DNA of 64,000 bases, from NCBI GenBank assembly GCA_951406725.2, contig OX597830.1, positions 38,564,001-38,628,000 on the forward strand, written 5' to 3'. A program made the position numbers and the translations under genes. This DNA is from Octopus vulgaris (lineage: Eukaryota). The notes beneath the pieces were generated by a model. The model ran no database searches. It was not told the origin of the DNA and saw nothing but the letters and a program-made list of their open reading frames with translations. Below, in pieces: positions 10,761-23,448 of this stretch (its first letter is position 1; every line of letters starts with the position of its first letter).

Positions 10761-13012
10761 GCGTATAGAAGAGACTCTCATAACATCCGTGGGTCCAGAA
10801 CATCTGATAGATTGATTTCCTGCACGGTACCTCGAGTAAATATCCATGTATTAACTGATCTCGAAAATATAACTTCAGTCCCTTATTTCTTATTTTTTAA
10901 CTGCACCATGTTCAAACTGATCGCTGTATCTCTGGGCATATTCGCAGCAGGTTATAATTCATGTTCCAAAATTAGTGAGGTTTTGGTTGAAACCCTATGT
11001 TATAAATGTTAAATTTTGTGATATGGCTGGATACTTTCTTGGATACTTTCTTGGGAATTCCTGATGTTTCTTACGCTATACGTATATAAACATTTATCTC
11101 TTACTGCATTTTATATTAATATATTGCGCGCAAGTTATAACATGCTAAAATGATTGTTTCGTAACAAAATGTTTAATTATTTACGATCGATAAGCTGTTT
11201 TCTAAAATTGTAATTCATTGGTGAAAGGTTGAGTATTTTACGGCCTTCAGTCCAGTTCCCAAAACTCAACACATTCAAACATCTATCGTGTTAGGTAACG
11301 AATAGAGAAATGCCACCTCACATGATCTAGTATTCGACGAGTCCTCTTGATATATTCCCTTCGAGAATTAAGAAGGAAATTGCATCATTTATATTGTGCA
11401 AAAAATCGGCATTTCAATTTGCGTGAATCAAAACTTATCTTATGTGAAACAAGGAAAAAAAATCAATATTTTCATCTCAGAAATAACAATTTTAATGGTT
11501 TTCATTATCTAGACTTTAGAGAATATACATTAATTTCCTGTATATAAAAATACTGATCTAATATATCCACCTATTACAAAATAGAATTGAGCTGACTATT
11601 GATGTCTCTTATCGTATATCTTAGAAGGAAATAAATATTTTCTGTAAGTATGTGTCATAACATACGTGATGATGATCTCTACCCGTTTCAAGCGAATTTA
11701 GCAATACACTTAACTTAGGTAAAATGAATATGAACTAAAATGTGATTTTGTATTTCAATATTTAGTCTTCGGAAACGTATATTAATACATAAAATTGACA
11801 CTTCGATAGACAAAATAATAGTTTCAGTCCAAATATGACTAATGATAACAAAGGTTCTCGTAGTGATCAGATGGATCGAAGAGACCTACAAGTCTACATG
11901 CTGTAAATTTCCTGAGCTTTATTTGAGTCGCATCATGGTGTTATGTCCGTAGAGATGAGGCTGGTTTATCGTACTCAGCAACCCCGGTTTATCGTACTCT
12001 GATCATTCGCAATTTCTTTAAGTTTTAGTCACTGTTGGAACTCTACAAATCACGAATATTTCTTTTTGTTTTTCCAGGATGCCCGAATTACTGTACGAAA
12101 CATGGAAAATATATTCATTTCTTCAAGTCGAAATACCGATTCTAAGAAAAGAATGATCTCATCTAAAGACACTAAGATTGATGATCTGCGTGAAAACGAG
12201 CAACGAGGAAATCTAGCACGCAGATATGATCTGCTTGTCTCTTCTTTTTACTCACTACCCCAAAAAAGACATTTGCAAGTACTTAACTAAGATGCCATAG
12301 GAAGGGATCGATTGTTGCATTGCGTGATTGCAAAAAGAACGTCAGATCTATTTGGCTACATCGATTACGTGTATCTGTGTCAATTTTGTAAGTAGCAGCA
12401 GCAGCCAGAATTGGTTTTAGATTATTCTATTAATGTATATCGCCCAATTGTCTACTTCTGAATGACAATCATGCTACCTCGGAAATAATTTAACTTTCCT
12501 CTGTTTAATCTAGCCTTTTGAAAACGAATGTTAACTCATCACTCACAATTAATGTTTTTTTTTTTTAGCCCAATTTTCTGGTTGAAATGTCACTTGCTGT
12601 GATATATTTTCAGGCGCGCTTATGTGGGTTGAAAGGGATCACTGTTTTAATGATATAACAGATATTAAATGATCAAATTGTTATATAAAACTAGTGACAA
12701 TATAACCGCTTGAACGTTTCCTGCTTATCCTAGAATGATTCGAATGTGTCATAATAGTAAAAGAATGTGAACTACATAAACTAAGAAATAATAAATAGTA
12801 TAGCAATAACGTATGTGTGCCTGTGTGTTAGGGACAGAATTTTAAACAACATACATACACGCGCGCAGGCACACACACATACATGCGTGTGTGTGTGTGT
12901 GTGCGTGTGTGCGTAATTTGGCACATATAAATACTTTATATACAGTTTACTGCAGAAAGAAGCATTTCACATATCTTTGCTGAGATTTCAATTACCATTT
13001 TACATGTAGCAG

Positions 13013-13645
13013 TGGCGGCGAGCTGGCACGTTGAGAAAAATGCTTAGCGGCATTTAGTCCAATTTATGGTCGGCGTTCGGATTCCACCGACGTCGATTTT
13101 AACATTCATCATTTTGATGTCAATAGATTAACTACCATTTGAGCAGTAGGATCGATGTGATTGATTTAACCGTTCCCCGAAATTGCTGACCATGTGCCAA
13201 AATATGAAACCAATATTTCACATGTAGCAAAATAGACAATCCTAATCGGCTTGCAAAATTACTGAAAATACGCTATATATTGGTTTCAAATTTTGATACA
13301 AAGACAGTATTTTCCAGAAAGGGTCAAGTCGATTACACCGCTCTCAGTGTTCAACTGGTACTGAAAGGTAAAGTCGACTTCGGTGGAATTTCAGGACTTA
13401 GAAGCATTTTGTCCGTCGTGCAAATAATTCTGCCAGCTCACTGCCTTAAATTTTGGCACATGGTTAGCAAGATCATTGTAGAGGTGCAGTTGATTACATC
13501 GACCCTTGGTACTTGATTTATCGACCCCGAAAGAATTAAACGCTAAGTCGATCTCGGCGCAATTTAAACTAAGTATTCGAAGACGGACGAAATGCCGCTA
13601 AGCATATTACCCGGCTTGCTAAATATTCAGTTAGTTCGCTGCCTT
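13013..13645. mobile_element. Cluster of SINE copies in both orientations
   Basis: Plus copy at 13013-13215; minus copies at 13280-13447 and 13455-13645 (TTTATCGACCCCGAAAG...AAGTCGA motif). Confidence 0.75.
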
Positions 13646-14487
13646 AAATTCGTTAGATATTAATACCAAATAATCTTTGAACACTCAAAGGATGGCGGGT
13701 AACTGAAGGATTCATATTTTTTCCGTATCCCTTTCCTTTATTAATTAAACCCATCTCTTCTTACACTCTCCATCTCTCGCTCAAAATCGATAACAAACAT
13801 TCCGGCTATGCACCGAGGACAAGGTTACACTACAGTAATATCAGTCACTACGCAAACTCTCTCCTCCACATTTATGTTCTTTGTTGTACTTCGAGCTATC
13901 ACTCCCACATACTCATATAATAAAAATACTTCAGATTAAAAAGGAAAAAAACAATAAATGTCACTTGATCGGTCTAATAATCACACCATCTCTTTGCATT
14001 GCGATTTTATAGGGCCCAGTTTTTCTTTGTTATTCGTCTATTATCGATAATTGATATATGTGTTATAACTGAGTGTTGATGCTATCGAGTGTTTCCATTT
14101 CATCACACATGTATGTGTCTGTGCTAAACCGATATTAGAATATTGGCGAATAAAGAAGCTGCTGTCGCTGTGTTGTTTAGTCAAACATTAACACTGATTC
14201 AGCAGAACAATCCTCAAAGTCTATAAGAATCATGTCTTTTACACAATATATATAGGATTACACAAAACAGAACATTCTTAATTTTTTACGGTGGAGGTTG
14301 TATTTGGGGGAAGGTGTCTTGTTATACTTCCTGCAACTGAGTACATGCCTTCTTATCAGATAATACGTCTGATAATTATAAATGCTGCTGATATGCAAAG
14401 AAACCTTCTATCTAACTGATATACATATATATACTCTGTCATCCGCTTTGCAATAATACTCCTGTGATCTCATCTTGCTTGTTGTTA

Positions 14488-14532
14488 AAACAACGTTTCG
14501 GCTGATATACCCACCAGCCTTCTTCATGTGTC
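14488..14532 (-). ncRNA. Minimal PLE-type hammerhead, mutated (C3>A)
   Basis: Minus strand GACAC-ATGAAGA-A-GGCTG...CAGCC-GAAA-CGTT-GTTT. Confidence 0.55.
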
Positions 14533-14580
14533 TTGGGAGAAATTTCGAACCTGGGTTCTCATTCCTAAGTTATTTTTCGA

Positions 14581-14668
<88 letters not shown>

Positions 14669-15345
14669 GTTGTTGTTGCTCTGGTCACTGAATCTCGGGA
14701 TCTTGGGGCAAGTAGTCCTCGCTCTTAACCACTACGCCATATGCCCGTGGGCAACTATGGAGTGAATTTTAGGGCTTATAAATCTAATAATTTTCTGACC
14801 TACCTTAATACCGGTGCTGATATGCTACTCATCTGCACTCGGTCTGCTTAGGAGATTGTTGTGTCCTAGCATATGTGCTGCTTCTTTTAGTTTTCGTATT
14901 TACCAGTGGTGTTCTCCGTCTATTATTTTAACTTCATCCGACGATGTTTTAGGCACTGAAAAATCCCTCTCATTACACTGTATGGATGTTGGGAATTGAA
15001 GTTGAGGTATCGTCCAGTAAAGGTCGGCTTGCAGTATACGAATGTACTGAATACATGCTTGGTACATGTTATTAATACGAACAAGAATGCCAAAAACAAA
15101 ACAAAGACAATCAACTGGCATTCCTTGTTAAGAGCGCGGACTACTAACCCCAAGATTGCGAGTTCGATTCCAAGCAGTGACCTGAACAATAACAATAACA
15201 ACAACAACAACAACAGCAACAGCAACAACAATAACAACAACAACGGCAACAACAACAGCAACAACAACAACAACAACAACAATAATAATGATAATAACAT
15301 CGAAAAATACCTTAGGAATGAGAACCCAAGTTCGAAATTTCCGCA

Positions 15346-15391
15346 GACACCTGAAGAAGGCAGGAAGGTATATCAGCCGAAACTTTGTGTT
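15346..15391 (+). ncRNA. Minimal PLE-type hammerhead, helix III mutated
   Basis: GACAC-CTGAAGA-A-GGC...GCC-GAAA-CTTT-GTGTT; helix I GACAC/GTGTT. The two-copy consensus restores CTGAAGA...GAAACGTT. Confidence 0.6.
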
Positions 15392-15951
15392 TACAATAAA
15401 CAACGTGAGGGCAAATATCCGTCGAATCTAAATAATGTAAATAATGTACATAATTCCTCATCTCTTAAACATAGAATTGTATTCTGTAATTTCATCTTCC
15501 TCACCTATATGAAATGTAATATTCGTATATATAATTTAACATTGCATGATTTCCCTGGAACTGTGAGCTTCACATTTAGTTAAATTAACCAGAACTATTA
15601 GTGTGTCGAGTCCAACAACGTATAATAAAGCTGTACTTTGTAGGTTACTGCTGGTGATCGAGTCTCATGTGAACCAAATTCACTTAAGAACCCTTAGCCA
15701 AATTATAAAGATCAAACGTAAAAGATTGTATCTTCCATTAAGCATTTTACAAATTCTAGTTTGTGAAAAGCAACCTGCCTCCTGCTAATTTATCAAAGAT
15801 AAATTTTCAACGATGAAATAACAGAAACTTCATGTAAATAATTTGTATATTTTACGTCCGAATCTTATTGGAAATAACATAATTACGTATAATTGTATTA
15901 TATTTCTTTGCGAAACGAAAAACAAAATAAGTTATTTTGCGTTTCATTACA

Positions 15952-16021
<70 letters not shown>

Positions 16022-16099
16022 TAATTTACTGTGAACATGAATTATATATTAGTAGAAAATGTGTGTTACATCTAATTGTTTTTAATGAACTGAAATTTG

Positions 16100-16411
16100 C
16101 GAAGAGAGTATATAAGAACTATGGAGCATACATAAAATTATATATTTTAATCAATGCTAAATTTTATTTTCAAGAAAATATTTTGTAAACAGAGAAGATA
16201 GGATGAGATAAACATGTGTTATAGAGTATATGAAAGAAGAAACTGACGAATGAAAGGAAAGAAATTGGCAGTCAATTGGGTACTTTTCACCGAAATAATA
16301 TCTCCCCTTCCCCTTACCGTGTAACAGTGTTAGAAATTTATATTTACAGTTTGTTTGAATAAGTAAGAAATTTCCGTTGAATTCAAAATTTTCCTTTGTG
16401 ATCCACTGCAT
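16100..16411 (-). pseudogene. Possible PLE reverse-transcriptase relic
   Basis: ITKENFEFNGNFLLIQ resembles the PLE RT motif NxFxFNGxxYxQ, and YPIDCQFLSFHSS resembles KPTDxxxLxFxS; highly degenerate. Confidence 0.35.
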
Positions 16412-16650
16412 ACTATTCTATCGGTCATGTGATTTCTCAGATATACATGTTTTCAGTAATGTTTTGTAAATATAATTTGTTAGAAAGTGCCTTTCAGCAA
16501 TGTAAATAGTCACCTATGAGGCTAGAATTCTTGATGAATTAAGCGAAGTTATTTTAAGGAATTACAATAATGGGTCTGCAAAGAGAGACAGGAATATCTC
16601 AACGGGGCATAACAGAAAAAAAAAATATTCATATCTGTAACGAATGAACG

Positions 16651-16960
16651 TGGAGGTGCAATGGCCCAGTGGTTAGGGCAGCGGGCTCGCGATCCTCTGA
16701 TCGCGGTTTCAATTCATAGACCAGGTGTTTTGTGTGTTTATTGAGCGAAAGCGACTAAAGCTCCACGAGGCTCCGCAGAGGGTGGTGGCGACCCCTTTTG
16801 TACTATTTCGCCCCAATTGTCTCTCACACTGTCTTCTTCTTTCTTGTGTAACGCTGCGATGGACTGGCGTTCCGTCCAGCTGGGGGGACACACACGCCAT
16901 AGAAACCGGGAAACCGGGCCCATGAGCCAAGATAGGCTTGAAAAGGGCGCATAAAAATAT
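16651..16960 (+). mobile_element. tRNA-derived SINE (same head as 3724)
   Basis: TGGAGGTGCAATGGCCCAGTGGTTAGGGCAGCGGGCTCGCG...GGTTTCAATTC; body homologous to the 3724 copy, with a different 3' tail. Confidence 0.8.
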
Positions 16961-17009
16961 CGAATAAACGAACATAGTACACACCACGTGTAATATTGGT
17001 TTCAAATTA

Positions 17010-18185
17010 TTCCACCGAGGTCGACTTTGCCACTTATCAATTTGGGTTCGAAAAATTTAGTACGAGTTGCATACTGGAGTCGATCTAATCGACTGGCTCC
17101 CTCTCCAAAAATTTCGGACCTTGTTCAAAGCCAGTGGAGGGTCTAAATCGATTCCATCGACCCAACAGGTACGTATTTTAGCCATCCTGAAAAGATGAAA
17201 TTCTTTTCAGGATCGATGAAATCCTTTTTAGGATCGTTGAATTTTTCAGCTTAGAACGTAAAGACGGGTGAAATGCCAGAAATTTCTCTCAGCTCGCCGC
17301 CTTACACCAAGTGTAATATTACGATCGATATGAAAAGTCTTCTATAAATAAATCCTTAAATATCTGTAATATACTACTATAACACTATCTCATTGGGCAA
17401 CAGGATTTGTTGCATTTCTTCCAGCTCTTTACGTTCTGAGTTCAAATTGCACCAATGTCAGTGTGGCATGAGATTCTTTCGGTCTGTTATAATATAACAT
17501 CGGTCATAAAGCGGCGAGCTGGCAGAAACATTAGCACGCCTGGCGAAATGCGTAACCCATTTCGTCTGCCGCTACGTTCTGAGTTCAAATTCCGCCGAGG
17601 TTGACTTTGCCTTTCCTTCTTACGGGGCCGATAAATTAAATACCAGTTACGCACTGTGGTCGATGTAATCGATTTAATCCGTTTGTCTGTCCCTGTTTGT
17701 CCCCTCTGTGTTTAGCCCCTTGTGGGTTGTAAAGAAATAGGTATTTTTTCTGTCCCTACGTTCTGAGTTCAAATTCTGCCGAGGTCGACTTTGCCTCTTA
17801 TCCTTTCGGGGGTCGATAAATTAAGCACCAGTTGCGTACTGAGGACGATCTAATCGAATGGCCCTCTCCCCAAATATTTCGGGCCTTGTGCCTAGATTAG
17901 GAAAGAATATAATATCGGTCAAGAAATGTTTCGCCCTTGCGAAAGATTACTGTAATTGTATTAAAGTTGAAACAATATGCTTTTTCTATTCTAGGCACAA
18001 GGCCTGAATTTTCTTTTTGAGAGTGTGGGGGACAGTTGAGTAGATCGACCCCAGTACGGAAATGGTACTTAATTTATCGACCCCGAAAGGATGAAAGGCA
18101 AAGTCGACCTCAGCGGAATTTGAACTCAGGAAGCAGCGACAGATGAAATACCGGTGTGCTAACGTTGTTGCCAGCTCACCGCCGT
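17010..18185. mobile_element. Cluster of SINE copies, including a dimeric copy at 17511-17910 (+) and a minus copy at 17985-18185
   Basis: Repeated TACGTTCTGAGTTCAAATTCCGCCGAGGTCGACTTTGCCTTTCATCCTTTCGGGGTCGATAAATTAAG-type motif. Confidence 0.8.
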
Positions 18186-18238
18186 AAATTTGAATCAATA
18201 TTTACAATCTAATGTTACTATATGGACATGAACGGTTG

Positions 18239-18447
18239 GGTGCTGTAAAGCTTCCGACTTCAAGAGTATCACGAAAGGCCTATTTGGGGGCCAGATCTTA
18301 CGAGTTCTTTTACTGGATTTAGAAAAAAATGAAGGATCGCTGCAATAAGTGCGTTAATTGGAGAGGGTGATATGTTGATTAAAATCATAATTAACTGATC
18401 CTCCTGTATATTTTTTCGCCCAAAGTCAGAAACTTTTCACCACCACC
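18239..18447 (+). mobile_element. Mariner-derived MITE-like relic
   Basis: Imperfect TIRs GGTGCTGTAAAGCTTCCGACTT / AAGTCAGAAACTTTTCACCACC; internal RCNKCV...GDMLIK/YVD transposase C-terminal remnant; matches the 9142 copy. Confidence 0.6.
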
Positions 18448-19238
18448 AATAGTGAGAAATCGATAATGTTGCAGTCACGTTTCCTAGAAGTGAATCGCCG
18501 TTCTTCACAAGTAGAGTTAGATATAAGCCTCTCTGCCTTTGTTTTTTTTTTGGCATTAAACAAGCAAGTATAAGACATACGTGGCCTTGAAATGTCTTTT
18601 AGTAGCCCCTATTCCCGAAGAAAGACATAAAATGTTGTATAGTTGTAGATTATAGCGTACAGATCACAGCAGCCGCATCACTGGAAGAAGGAGAAAAAAC
18701 GAAGTTATGGTGGAATGGCGTTGAAATAAAAGAGAATATGCCCGAGGGGTTTGACTACAAAAATGGTATAGCGCATAATTTCTACGGCTATATACTGCGA
18801 CGATGAACAACTTATAACACCTACGATGATACAGATCCTCTACGAGAAGACCAGTATGAAATTGAAGAGGTTCAATTAATGCAACGTAAAAACAGAAAAC
18901 ATAAGAATGAAATTTGATATTTTGATTTCATTAGCACCTGAAATAGAAAATAAAACGTTGCAGTGACAGAAAATGTCATTTACATCAAAAGTTAAGTTAG
19001 AGGAAAATTTGGTAAATATTCGGTATCAAGTTTCAGAAAGAAAGTTTCTATTTTCCGCTGTATAAGCTGACGTCCAGAAGTAAATTCTCTGAACGTTACT
19101 GACCTCAAACAAGTTAAAGCTACGCAACAGAGAGAAACATTCGTTCAAAATATCTTCCATACATATCTATAAATATGTGGGTGGCTGTTTGGGTGAGTGT
19201 GTGTTCGTGTACTGCGTATGCGCAATTAGTATTTTGGA

Positions 19239-19273
<35 letters not shown>

Positions 19274-19278
<5 letters not shown>

Positions 19279-19725
19279 TAATCCAAACGGGAAAACAGAA
19301 AAAACAACAACACGTGGAACAATTACAGTATTATTATTATTAGGCGCTCAGGAAAATGGAAGAAGGAAGGTGTGACGTTTCGAGCGGAGCTCTTCGTCGG
19401 AAACATAAGAGAAGGAAGAAAGAAGAAAGATCCCGATGTGGGCGAAAGAGGGAAAAAAAACGCGACTGGTGTTTACGAAGTACACATGCTGAAATGCCCG
19501 GAAGTTTTGGAAACCAAGGCCAAAGTAGGTTTTTAAAGCCAAAAGAGTGGAGACAGGAAGTTTGGTAACAAAAAATGATGTGTATGTATGTGTGAGTGTG
19601 TGCATGTGTGTGTGAGGCGAGATAAAAAAACAAAAAATATATGTATATGTTAGTGCGTGCGTCAGTATGTAAGCGTGTAAGGTAGGGCGAACAGTAGTTG
19701 ACATAGCAAGTCTCGAGTGAGTGGT
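19274..19725 (-). mobile_element. PLE terminal-repeat-like insert next to (TA)n, with a variant hammerhead motif (19371-19405)
   Basis: Minus strand TGTTT-CCGACGA-A-GAGC-TCC-GCTC-GAAA-CGTC-ACA; truncated by the assembly gap. Confidence 0.5.
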
Positions 19726-19825
19726 NNNNNNNNNNNNNNNNNNNNNNNNNNNNNNNNNNNNNNNNNNNNNNNNNNNNNNNNNNNNNNNNNNNNNNNNNNN
19801 NNNNNNNNNNNNNNNNNNNNNNNNN
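19726..19825. other. Assembly gap (100 N)
   Basis: Run of N. Confidence 1.
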
Positions 19826-19829
19826 GATA

Positions 19830-20600
19830 TCGCTAGGCATTCTCTTTAGGATTAGGGTCGGCATCACTTTAACCCCAATTCCAAGCAGGAAATCCAAAAT
19901 TGCTTCTGCATCTGCTTTTCACTTGTTGAATTATAACGTTCTCGCCATGACATCTTCCTTCTTCGATAATGTGAGCCCCATCCAACATATCGATGTATCA
20001 TGCAGTATTGAAATGGCCATCCATGATGACAAGTGGTAGCCCCCGCTCCACACCATAAAACCACCCACACTGTTCTTTCACTTGGAATGAATAGAATTTT
20101 GTATGCATTCATCTTACACAGTAATACTTATAAACATCGGCGCCATGCAAATTATATTTTTTCTCATCAGACAACAGAACATTAGTGTATTCACCATTCC
20201 ACATCTAATGCTGCCGAGCAAAATGCAATCTAATAGCTTTGTGGGAAGCGGACAATAACTGACGCCCGAGCTGCTTCTTTAGGTGGAAATCATAGTTCAA
20301 AATCACTCTTCGCGCGTTGGATGTCGAGACGCCTACTCCTGTTGATGTCTTGATTTAAAAAACTTAAGAGAGGCCTGACTTCTTCACAGCTCTGACAATG
20401 GTCCTTCCGTCCTTTTCTGATGTTGCCTTGGAACGTCCACCTGCATGAACCCTGTTGTAGCTGTCAGGATCTTTCAGAAAATTGTCCACCGGGGTTCTGC
20501 TTCGCGGAATCTTTTCGGTAATCTTCTGGATACACATTCCTTCTGCTTTCTGTGCAAGAATATTCCCTTGTTTAATTTTGGAAAGCTTCATAGCTTTAAG
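19830..20600 (-). pseudogene. Tc3-like (Tc1/mariner) transposase pseudogene
   Basis: N-terminal HTH region KLSKIKQGNILAQKAEGMCIQKITEKIPRSRTPVDNFLKDPDSY...GRSKATSEKDGRTIVRA resembles Tc3 transposase; VLLSDEKKYNLHGAD (~20135-20180, cf. VVFSDEKKFNLDGPD); DPNPKENA (~19835-19858, cf. SPDLNPIENLW). Confidence 0.8.
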
Positions 20601-21654
20601 CGTAGTGAAGATGCAATCTGGATCTTGGAGATTACGACTGAGTCGAATATTTTCCGAAATAATCTGAGAAGAAATGGAAATTTATTAGTAGCTTTACAAT
20701 TTTGAAGAGTTGATATGCTAGGGAAAAACCAGGAATATCAGGTGTTGTAATGTGATAATAAAGATATATAGTGTGCATTTCAAAATATAAACGATATACC
20801 AGTTTAAAATATTTTATGCCCCTTTGGGCCCTTAAATACAGAGTTAAAATTCTAAACAATTAAAAACAAATATACATGTTATAGTTTTGAAAAACCTCAT
20901 TCCAGATTTCGTGATGGTTTCTTTCAATATACAATCTCAAATTATTCATCATTTACACACACACGCACGCATAAAACACGCAGGTTCATACACATATACA
21001 CACACATACATTTACATTTAAATATATATATTGATATCTACATAAAGGATTCGCTTGCATACATTCTTACACAGCAAGATAGAGACAATACTCGATTATC
21101 AAAGGCACTTGAAAATATAGTTCTGTGGTAAGCCTGGAAAATTAACAGCATTTACTTCGATTTGCCATAGCTGATCAGTAAACAGAGGTGAAATTTTGGA
21201 AAGATACTATGGTTTTTAAATGTCTTTAAATGGTGCAGAGAAGATTATTTGGCAAATAACAAAATTAACATTTATAACCGGGGGAGCGTGGCTCGTGACA
21301 TTTGAAAATAAACGAAACTATAACGGAAAGCAGTATAATCCTTAATCTCAAAGGAAATAATTTTGAATAAAACGACGAGCGGTGCATGGTGTTGGGAAAG
21401 GGTTACACTATCTACTTCCAAGCAAAATAAGCAGGCAAGTATCGTTGAAGAACAGAGACAGAGCAAGAATACATTGAACATTTAAAAGAAACAATGAATA
21501 TGAAAAGAGAATAATTAAAACAAGAGTAAATGTGCATGAAAAATAGGAAATGATTTTGTTGAAGAGTAAGAGGGTGAAGAAGAGATTACAAAAGAAATAG
21601 AAAGCGTGATAAGATAAAAAGATTGGAAAGTAAAAATCGATTGAGATTGTGTTT

Positions 21655-22160
<506 letters not shown>

Positions 22161-22162
22161 TA

Positions 22163-23365
22163 CAGGGTGCGTAAGGTACTTCAGGAGAGATTTATGTTTA
22201 TAAAAAAAAACAGATATAAAATAAGTGATAATTTTTTATATCAAAATAACATTATCAAAATATTGCTATGAGGATAAAAATAAACCCTCTTTTCGATAAT
22301 GGTATTTAATAAATCCGCCTTCAGCTTCAACAAGTGCTTCTATATGAGACCATCTACAATCTAGATTCTACATGCTCGAATCAAGTGGTCCTGGTTCGTT
22401 TTGGGCATTACTCTGACTGTGGCAACTTTCAAAGATTCTTTGGTGTTATGGGCGTTTTAATTCGCATCTTGCTCAACAACGCTCCACGTGTAATAGTCCA
22501 ATTGATTGAGATCTGGGTAATTAGGAGGCCAAATGTTAGGAGTTGTGTGATCATGGAAAATTTCAGCCATTCATTCCTGTGTTACTAGAGCCATGTGTGA
22601 TAGTGCAGAGTCTTACTGAAACACATATGGCCTTCCATTGCATACACTGTCTACTGATTATTTACTGGATCGCAATGTAGGAGGCAGAGTTAAATCTAAG
22701 GCCTTGTGCAAACAAGTAAGATGGCATCACATGTTTTCATTGCTGACAACTCCTTAAACTATGACAGCTACATACAATGTTGTATGCATAATGTTTGGAA
22801 CTTCAGAAGGGTCTGCACCCAACCACCTGTCATTTTTTCTTTTAAGTTTTTGAACTTTTATCGACGATTTTCGAGAAAAACCGAATCAAATCATCTTCTG
22901 CTGGATTTTTTCGTGATTTTCTTTTGCTTTTTCTCACAAATTGACCTTTCATCATCATATAAAACATATATTTCATATCTTCGTTCTGACACGTGGAGAT
23001 CTTTTCCATTTGACCTCATGGATTTTCTCGGATTTTAATCATGGTCTGTTGAACTTGCTGGATCAATTCAGCTGTTTCAAATCGTTTAGAACGCTTTTTA
23101 GGCGTTGATACTGGTGATAATTTACCATCTTCAGTACCTGGCTCCTTACAAAATTTGTAGACGAAAGATTTGGCAACTTTTAAAAATTCAGATATTAGTT
23201 AATTGCTATGCTCAGCTTTTATAACCACAATAGCAGCATGCCTTTTCATTACTTGAGTACGCCGAGGGTCTGCCATTATTATTTTCTGAAACAAAGATTA
23301 TACAGTTATGAAAAAATGCAGGAATGAGCCCAAAATATTTGTCCTCAACTATCTTACGCACATTG
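22163..23365 (-). mobile_element. Tc1/mariner-superfamily DNA transposon (maT/DD37D-like), degenerate, with TIRs and TA target duplication
   Basis: TA-CAGGGTGCGTAAG ... CTTACGCACATTG-TA. Minus strand PYVFQ*DSALSH...FHDHTTPNIWPPNYPDLNQLDYYTWSVVE and HNTKESLKVA. Confidence 0.8.
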
Positions 23366-23375
23366 TATATATATG

Positions 23376-23448
<73 letters not shown>

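Larger units (their letters stand above)
14469..15480 (-). mobile_element. Internally deleted Penelope-like element with 3' terminal repeat (14469-14760) and inverted 5' terminal repeat (15127-15480)
   Basis: Minus strand reads VYCKPTFTGRYLNFNSQHPYSVMRGI (PLE RT thumb motif VYRKPTxTxxYLxxxSxHP), joined to DEVKIIDGEHHW*IRKLKEAAHM (GIY-YIG C-terminal RxxxEA region). The two terminal repeats are inverted copies of each other. Confidence 0.8.

Noticed and set aside
12060-12290. Possible exon after a polypyrimidine-CAG acceptor
   Set aside because: The peptide is unrecognisable, with no strong donor and no partner exons.
14683-14746. Functional tRNA gene
   Set aside because: The B box is deleted in this copy and the A box is missing in the other; it is an element-borne tRNA-like head. 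The other SINE heads are likewise not tRNA genes.
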